Shown: in pieces, positions 56,409-64,000 of the stretch
Position numbering within the stretch: the first letter of the stretch is position 1
Layout: each line of letters opens with the position of its first letter
DNA from: Sminthopsis crassicaudata
Lineage: Eukaryota
Reading direction: 5' to 3'
NCBI RefSeq assembly: GCF_048593235.1
Contig: NC_133619.1
Span: forward strand, 583,413,963 to 583,477,962
DNA: 64,000 nucleotides
The notes under the pieces: generated by a model
Seen by the model: only the letters and a program-made list of their open reading frames with translations
Databases searched by the model: none
What the model was told of the DNA's origin: nothing
Program-made: the position numbers and the translations under genes

Positions 56409-59400
56409 CATGGTTAAGAGAAGATGTATCCCAAAAACATGGGGAATAAATAAATTTGAGTGGAGCAGTGCTAAATAAGAGCTAATCTACTACCACTTGA
56501 AGGCAAAATCTAAGAAGCCATGGAAACTAAGGAACTGGAAGAACTAGTCATTCCTGAGAGCAATGGAATATTTTGATTCATTTCGGTGGAGGAGGAATAA
56601 CCTACGAATTTGGTTCATTTCTTTAAAAGAAGGACCAGTTATAGCCAAGGCTGTTATATTTTTAGTTTAATGATCTTAATGAAGATGGGCCCCTCTGGCT
56701 CAGCAGAGGATGTCCAACATAGACTATCAATGAGGCAGCCCAGCACTTTGGATTTTAAGTTTTCCCATTTGATTCATAATTCTAAAGTGTTTTATGGACT
56801 TTATGAAAGCATGCAAGTTTGAGCACTGTGTAATACATCTTCTTTTAATAGTATTGTTTGGAATTTGGTTATCATTGAAAAAAACCTGCTTGGACATTGC
56901 TTTTGTGACATATCAGTTTGAAAGTTTACATTTTAAGATAGATAAAATAAACCTAATCTAAAATTAGGGCTTTTGGTTGCTAGGTTTGTTTTTTATCTTA
57001 ATTAACAGACCAAATGATAACCCTAAAGTTCTAATTGTATTTGTCTGAAGTCAAAGAATTCTTAAATGTAAATATAGCAGAATAATAAAGATAATCTCAT
57101 AGAACTCATTTATTTTACAATTAAGGAAACTGAGAACTGGAATTGCCAAGGATACACAAATTATTATTGGAAAAATGGAGTTTAATAGAGTATTAGTCCT
57201 TTATTGATGATGATGATGATACCTAACATTTATATAATATGTGCCAGGCACTGTGTCATGTACTATATAAACATTATCTCATTTGATCCTCCCAACAAAT
57301 TGGGGAGGTAGGTGCTATTATTATTCCCATTTTACAAAGAAATATACTGAGGCAAACAAAAGTTAAGTCATTTTTCCAAAATCATAAACCTAGCAAATAT
57401 CTGAGTCTAGATTTGAACTTGGGTCTTCTTGACTCCATGGTCCAAGCTCTGTCCATTCTGACACCTCACTGCCCACAGATAAAAATTAGAGGTGACAAGT
57501 GCTACTGAATAAAGAAGAAAATGTAATTCCTGATTTTAAAAGTTGAACTATAAATAAATATAATGTATGGGATGACAATTTTTGCTTTCCAGAGCAAGGC
57601 CTGAATTTGGACTTCAGTGTCATGGTAAAATGTGATGTCCAGAACTGAACGTAATAATTCAAATATGGCCTGACCAAGGTTTTATTTGGTTTATGGCTGA
57701 CTAGGTTTCTTAGGATTAATTTATATTTATCAGAGTTCAAAGGGACAGAATGATGAAATCAGATGTCAACTTTTAAGTTTTGATAGGAATTTAGAAATCT
57801 TCGTAGGATTCACCCTTCCTGGTCCACAGATTCACTATGCAGAGCTGAAAGATCAGAAGGTTATTTAGATATTATAAAATGAGAGCTTACTTTCTACAGA
57901 AAAGAGACATGAGGGAGGCCAACCGACACACCTCAAACTCCCTCTTTCAGTAGTAGAATCTCATAATCACAGAACTGGAAAGGACCTCTAATATATAAAT
58001 GCTGACATTTATTTAGTGGTATAAGCTTTGTGTAGTTTTTTTTTTTTTTTTTCCTCTCTCTCAACACAAAGTAGTAATGTAAGTATTGGTTGGAATAGAC
58101 TGGAGAGCCCTGAAATTTAGTTTGCACAGGAACTTCCTGAAAAGGAATCACTCTGTTGATGCAATCTCTCTGTGTTTACAGTCTAGTCCAACTTCTGCCT
58201 CATCAACAATTCCTTGACAATATCCCCAACAAAAACATGTTTAACCTCTTCTAGAAGAACTCTAGTAACAAGCAACTACCACTTCTCAAAGCAGCTCATT
58301 CTTTTTTTGGATTTCCTTAATTTCTTAGAAGTATTTTCTATCTAACCAAAATTTGCTTCTCAGAAACTTTATATATACTCAAGGATTAGAAAAAATTTAA
58401 AAACAATATATATATACATTGCATTCATTTTTATGAAACTTTCAACTGCAAATTTATATATTTCCCTCGTTCTTATGATACTTCTATTAATGAAACCCAA
58501 GTTCACTTTAACTTTTCTATCTGAAATGTAACACATTGGTAACATCCTCAGGGTTGTAATTCACTAAAATACCTAGATGAACTTTTTCATACCACTCCAT
58601 CCTAAAATTTTTATAGTAATTTACTTATTATAGTAATTTACATTTATCACTATTATATTTTACTTTTTTGTATGTTTCATTGATTCTGTTTTTAATGACC
58701 TTAATGGGTTCTGACTCTTAGCTATTTAACCTAGCTTTCTGTCATCCCTAGCATTGTCATTCCAAGCTGATATTAATCCATTAATCACTACACTGGATCT
58801 GGTTAAACTTGCTCCAAAGCTAACTTACTATCATCTAGACCAAAACTTTTTAAACTGTGGATTGCAATTCTATATGGGGTTGCAGAACTGAATTTGAAAT
58901 TATAACTTATTATCAGCAAATATTTGATTCATGTATCTATTTCATATATTTATATACTCAAGGTCAAGTAAAAATTATTTGGGTAAAAGAGGATTTGAAA
59001 CTGGAAAAAAATTAAGAAGCCTTCATTTAAAATATATTTTCCCATTTATCATGTTATCATTCAAGATGTTGACAAATCCCTTTCTAAATTCTAAGTATAT
59101 AATATGCCAGTTATATTCCCCATCTCTACTTTTTGACTTCCTTTTATATGTTTTTTCCCCCATTAGAATATAAGCTACTTGAGGTAGGAACTACTTTTCT
59201 TTTTCTAATTTAGTGTTGTGCCAAGCACAGGTGCTATATGCATGACACAGAGTCAAGTGTTTGATCAATGTTTACTGACTGCCAACAGCATTTCAAATAA
59301 ACTTACCAAAATGGAGATAAGTTTTATTTGGAATAATCTACTTCTGATGGACTCATTCTGGATATTAGTCACAGCTTTGGTTCTTCATATTTTAAAAAAA

Positions 59401-61385
59401 AGCAGTCTTTCAAAACATATCCTAGTATTTTGCCAAGAACTGAAATGAAACTCACCAGCTAATAGACGGAAGAATGAAATATCTTACCCAATTTTTTTTT
59501 TAAAGCTTGACTTCTGCTCTTCTCAGAGTAGTAACATTTTTCCTTACTTCTCCTTATTTTCAAAGATCACTAGCCCTACAAATACATCTGCCTATCACAT
59601 CAGTACCTTAATAACTTAGTCCATCCAAACCTTGAATTGAACTCTTGAGTAAGGAAGCATTTAGTGCTTATCATGTCAAGTGCTATGCTAAATACAAGTA
59701 TTATTTCATAACAAGCCTGTGATGTAGATGACATTATCTTCTTTTTACGGTTCAGGGAATCAAGACAAATAGAGGTGAAGTGATGTATCCAGGCTCATAT
59801 AGCTAGTAAGTATGTAAGGCTGCATTTGAACTCCATATATCTATTTCAGGTCCAGTACTCAATACATCATACCCATCTGGTTGCTTCCAAGTACAATGAA
59901 TGAATCTCTTGGACCCAACTTAATCGCACAAGGCAAGAAATATGAGATCACAGTCATTAGAAGTTGAAGTATTTTATCTTAGATTACATTGATAAGATCG
60001 GAGTGTCCACAATAAGAAGGTCCACTGCCATGGGAGGACTGCTTCTGTACCACTGCATATTTGGTACCACATTCTAAAAGGAACTCTGATGAATTAAAGA
60101 GCACCTAGAGGCAGCCAGATTTTCAGCCCAGATGTGCTTTGCTTTCCCATACCTGGTTCTTCCTTGCCAATAGTGCCTCTCATAAGGACATTTCATGAGT
60201 TCTTTCTTGTCATTGGTCCCTCTCATAAGGATTCTCATGCACCTGAAACAAAAGCTATATACAATACTTAGGACAAGTGGCCCAAAATTCCCCTTCAGAG
60301 TAGTTATTATGATCCAAAATCTCAATCAGATTCAAAACCTATGATTCTTCAATTGCTTTCTTAGCTCATTAATGCACTCTTCTCTCTTCTCCTGGTGGCT
60401 TTGTGATGACGTTAGTGGTGGAGGAGGAGGAAGAGAGCAAGAATACCTTTGGATCCAGTCCTTTCAGAAGTTCTCAGTTTCTTTTTCATGACTATACTAT
60501 TCCTATTCCTTTGCTATTTTTTCTTTAATGATCATTTTCATAACTTTCACTCATCATTTTCTACTCTGATCATTTGCCCTCCCTCCTCTTAGAGAAACAG
60601 AAACAAAACTAGTGGCATAGAAGATTGAGGCTGGAGTCAGGAAGATATGAATTCAAATACAGCTTCAGATAGTTATTTGTATGATCCTGGGGAAGTTACT
60701 TGACTATTTGCCTCAATTTCCTATGCTGTAAAATGAAGATGATAATAGCACTTGACTCATAGGATTGTTATGAGTCTCAAATGAGATATTTGGTGCCTGA
60801 CTCATAATAGGGAATAATTTCCTTCCTCTTCCCAGACCACTTTTCCTCACTAATTACTTTCTCATAGCTTCTGAAAAATGTAACATACTTGATGTATCTG
60901 GCCAATCCTTAGTACTATTTCCTCAGTACCAGTCATCCAACATATGTTCCTGAGAATGGCCAGAATGCCATATAAAAATCAAGACAAATTTTGCTACCAG
61001 TTTTAATGACAGAAAATTATAATAAAATTGGAGGATAAAACATGATCTTATAGAACTAGAAAAATTCATTTGGAATAAGAAAAGGTTAAGAATATCAAAG
61101 AAATTAATGAAAAATTGTGTTTTTTTGGTGTATGTTTTCCTTTTGGTCTGTTTCTTGACTAATGTAACAATGACTAATAAGATAATGTTTTACAAGACTG
61201 CACATCTAATATAATCGTTATCAAATTGTTTATCATTCTAGGGAGAAGGGAAGAGAGGGAAGAAGATAAATTTGCAGCTGAAAGTTTCGTAAAAATGAAT
61301 GCTAACAATTGTCTTTATATAGAATTGGAAAACAAAAAACTAAGAAAATAGATAAAACATATTAAGTATCTTAACTTTAAAATGC

Positions 61386-61473
61386 TACACAAAGTATCCC
61401 AAAAGTCTTAGTGCCATTCAAAGCAATTTAAACTTAAAATTTAGGCACTAAGACCTTTGAAATGGTTTATATA
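61386..61473. mobile_element. Short hairpin MITE relic (Tc1/mariner-like)
   Basis: Inverted repeat caaaagtcttagtgcc (61400-61415) / ggcactaagacctttg (61444-61459), 1 mismatch; TA-rich flanks. Confidence 0.55.
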
Positions 61474-62908
61474 AGTGAAGGCTATAATAATAATTGTTAG
61501 GGTTTCACCACCATTACTCAGCTTCTCACTCTGTAATGCCCTCAGAGCTTGGGACTCTCTCTGCCATGACAGCCCCCTTTTCTCATCAATGAGTATCTTG
61601 GGTCTATTTTGGGTACAGTAATCCATCAATTCCTTTTCCACCATGTTTCTGTTTGGGTTCTTACTCTTCTACTTTTTCAATTTCCATTTATAGGAATATA
61701 TATATATATAAAAATTTGAGAGCAAAGATTGTTTTTTTCTTTTTTATATTTGTATTCTAAGGTCTGGCATGTAAGCACAATAAATGCTTGTTGTCTTCCT
61801 GTTAATAATTCTTATTTTTTTAAATTTATATACTGCTTTATATAGCTAAGTGTCATTGATATATTATCTCATTTGATCCTGATAAACCTGTGAGGCAAAC
61901 ATTCTTTCTATTCCTGTTTTACAAGGGAGAGAACTGAAGCTTAACTGACTTGTTTTTAAGGGTCACAAGTTTCGAAATGTGAATTCAGACTTTGCTGGAC
62001 TTCCAGTCCAGTTATTTTGAATGAACTTAGCATGGTAGAAGCTCCAGCTATGCCCTATTCCCAAAGATTCTGGAGTACTGATATCAAAGAGATGCTGAAA
62101 TCAACTCAACTAATGAGTAAATTTTCAGGGTGAGCACTCATACCTTGGCAATCAGAAAATGTAATTGCCTAGACCATCAGTGTCAACATTAGCAGAAAGT
62201 GTGCAAGGAAGAATCAGATTAAAATATAAATGGGAAATAAACAACAAAATTAATAAAATATAATAAATAATATTTTTGTTTTTCTAAATAATTAGGCAGC
62301 CATAAAGATTGGCCTTATTATAAAGATCTGACCTTACTGGTCTAGACTTAAGAAAGTAATGAAAAAATATTTTGCTAAAAATGCAGATTAAATTTAATAT
62401 CAGAAGAGTATTAAATGCACCTCTCCTCAGATCATTCCACTTTGGAAGAACTAAAAACCTATTACAGGTCCCTAGATGTATTTCTGAAAACAACTGCATG
62501 AAACTTCTGAAGCTTGGGACAGTGCACCCTCTAACCTGGAAGCAAAGCCTCACTTTATAGCAATGAGTTAAAAGTCAAGAAATAGATTGGAAAAATGAGC
62601 AGACAACTGAAAAAAATTCTGACCATAAAAAGTTACCACGGTGATAAGGATGATCAAAACACACTCAAAAGAAAATAAAGTCCAAAGTCTCCAAGAAAAA
62701 TATGAATTGATCTCAGGGAATGGAAGCTCAAAAAAAAGGATTTTGAAAATCAAGTAGGAGTGGTAGAAGAAAAATTGATAAGAAAAATGCGTAATGCAAG
62801 AAAAAAATGAAAAAAGAGTCAACAGCTTGGCAAAGGAGAAACAAACAATACTGAAGAAAATAACATCTTAAAAAACAGATCTAAGGCAAATGGTAAAAAA
62901 GGCACAAA

Positions 62909-63052
62909 GGGGGCAGCTGGGCAGCACAGTAGATAGAGCACCAGCCCTTAAGTCAGGAGGACCTGTGTTCAAATCTACCTCAGACACTTAATACTTCCTA
63001 GATGTGTGACCCTGGGCAAGTCACTTAACCCCAATTGCCTCAGGGAAAAAAA
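62909..63052 (+). mobile_element. WSINE1 nested in L1 ORF1
   Basis: ggggcagctgggcagcacagtagatagagcacc...ccaattgcctcag; approximate TSD ggcacaaa. Confidence 0.88.
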
Positions 63053-63223
63053 GGAGGCACAAAAAAGCAAATAAGAAGAATGTCCTGAAAAACAGAATTG
63101 GCTAAACAGAAAGGGAGCACAAAGATTCACAGAAGAAAAAACTCCTTTAAAAGTAGAACTGGTCTAATGAAAAAGGAGATAAAAAAAGCTCCCTGAAGAA
63201 AATAATAACTTAAAAATTAGAAA

Positions 63224-63630
63224 TGACTGATGGACATGGCTCTCTTCAACAATGAATTGAGTCAGACTATTCCAATTGTTCAGTAATGAAGAGAGCCATC
63301 TATACCCAGGGAGAGGACTGTGGGAACTGTGGACCAAAACATAGCATTTTCACTCTTTCTGTTGTTTGCTTGCATTTTTGTTTTCCTTCTCAGGTTTTTT
63401 TTTTTTTCCCTTTCTAGATCTGACTTTTCTTTTGCAGCAAGATAACTGTATGGATATGTATACATATATTGGATTTAACATATATTTTAGCATGTATTGG
63501 AATACTTGCCATCTAGGGGAAGAGGAAGGGAAGAGAAGGGAAAATTTGGAACAGAAGGTTTTGCTAGGGTCAATGTTGAAAAATTACCCATGCATATATT
63601 TTGTAAATAAAAAGCTATAATAATAATAAA
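63224..63630 (+). mobile_element. 5'-truncated L1 3' UTR nested in L1 ORF1
   Basis: gatggacatggctctcttcaacaatg...aaaaagctataataataataaaa; approximate TSD aaaa(a/t)tagaa. Confidence 0.85.
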
Positions 63631-64000
63631 AAAAATAGAATTGAGTAAATGGAAGCTAATGACAAATTATGAACAACAACAAAACAAAAGAATGCGGAAC
63701 ATAAGATAATATGAAATATCTTATTAGAAAACAACTAACCTGTGAAATAAATCCAGGAGAGACGATTTAAAGAGTACAGACTTCACCTTTCAAGAAATTA
63801 TGAAGAAAACTATACTGATAGTCTAGTCTAGAGCCAGAGGCTAAAAGAGAAATGAAAAAATCCATCAATTACCTCTTCAAAGAGGTTCCAAAATGAAAAT
63901 TCTCAGGTGAAGGAGAAAATATTGCAAATAGCCAGAAAGAAACAATTTAAGTATTGTAGCGTCACAGTAAGAATGACATTAATATTTAGCAACTTCTACA

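Larger units (their letters stand above)
62400..64000 (+). mobile_element. L1 5' region/ORF1 relic with nested insertions
   Basis: Lys/Glu-rich coiled-coil-like sequence (gtagaagaaaaattgataagaaaaatg, gaaaaaagagtcaacagcttgg) with frameshifts; runs to the window end. Confidence 0.8.

Noticed and set aside
1-64000. CRISPR arrays, rRNA/tRNA genes, operons, NUMTs, processed pseudogenes
   Set aside because: None seen. tRNA-like sequence is limited to SINE heads and the PBS.

Overview
Mammalian genomic DNA, AT-rich, with two N gaps. The repeats (WSINE1- and MAR1-type CORE-SINEs, marsupial-type L1 3' ends, abundant L2/L3) point to a marsupial, most likely a dasyurid such as the Tasmanian devil; this is inference. 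The window is part of a class I olfactory receptor cluster with five single-coding-exon OR51 genes. On the minus strand are an Or51ai2-like gene (1887-2795, premature TGA before helix 8) and OR51M1 (14584-15537). On the plus strand are three OR51J-like paralogues (32384-33328, 42866-43825, 55431-56408). In eutherians these subfamilies lie in the OR cluster 5' of the beta-globin locus (recalled). The rest is LINE/SINE/LTR/DNA-transposon relics plus short unique stretches resembling OR promoters and 5' UTR exons. Most notable: (1) a ~335-bp, ~94% identical inverted duplication of a promoter plus first-exon module between the divergent OR51M1 and OR51J genes, with a candidate 55-nt second exon on the OR51M1 side; (2) a 2.7-kb deleted ERV with a tRNA-Pro PBS whose 5' and 3' LTRs belong to different families; (3) a nonsense change plus downstream 2-nt deletion in the Or51ai2-like tail; (4) a mosaic OR51J paralogue; (5) a strong CTCF motif with its upstream module. 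No database searches were possible, so family names and orthologies are from memory.
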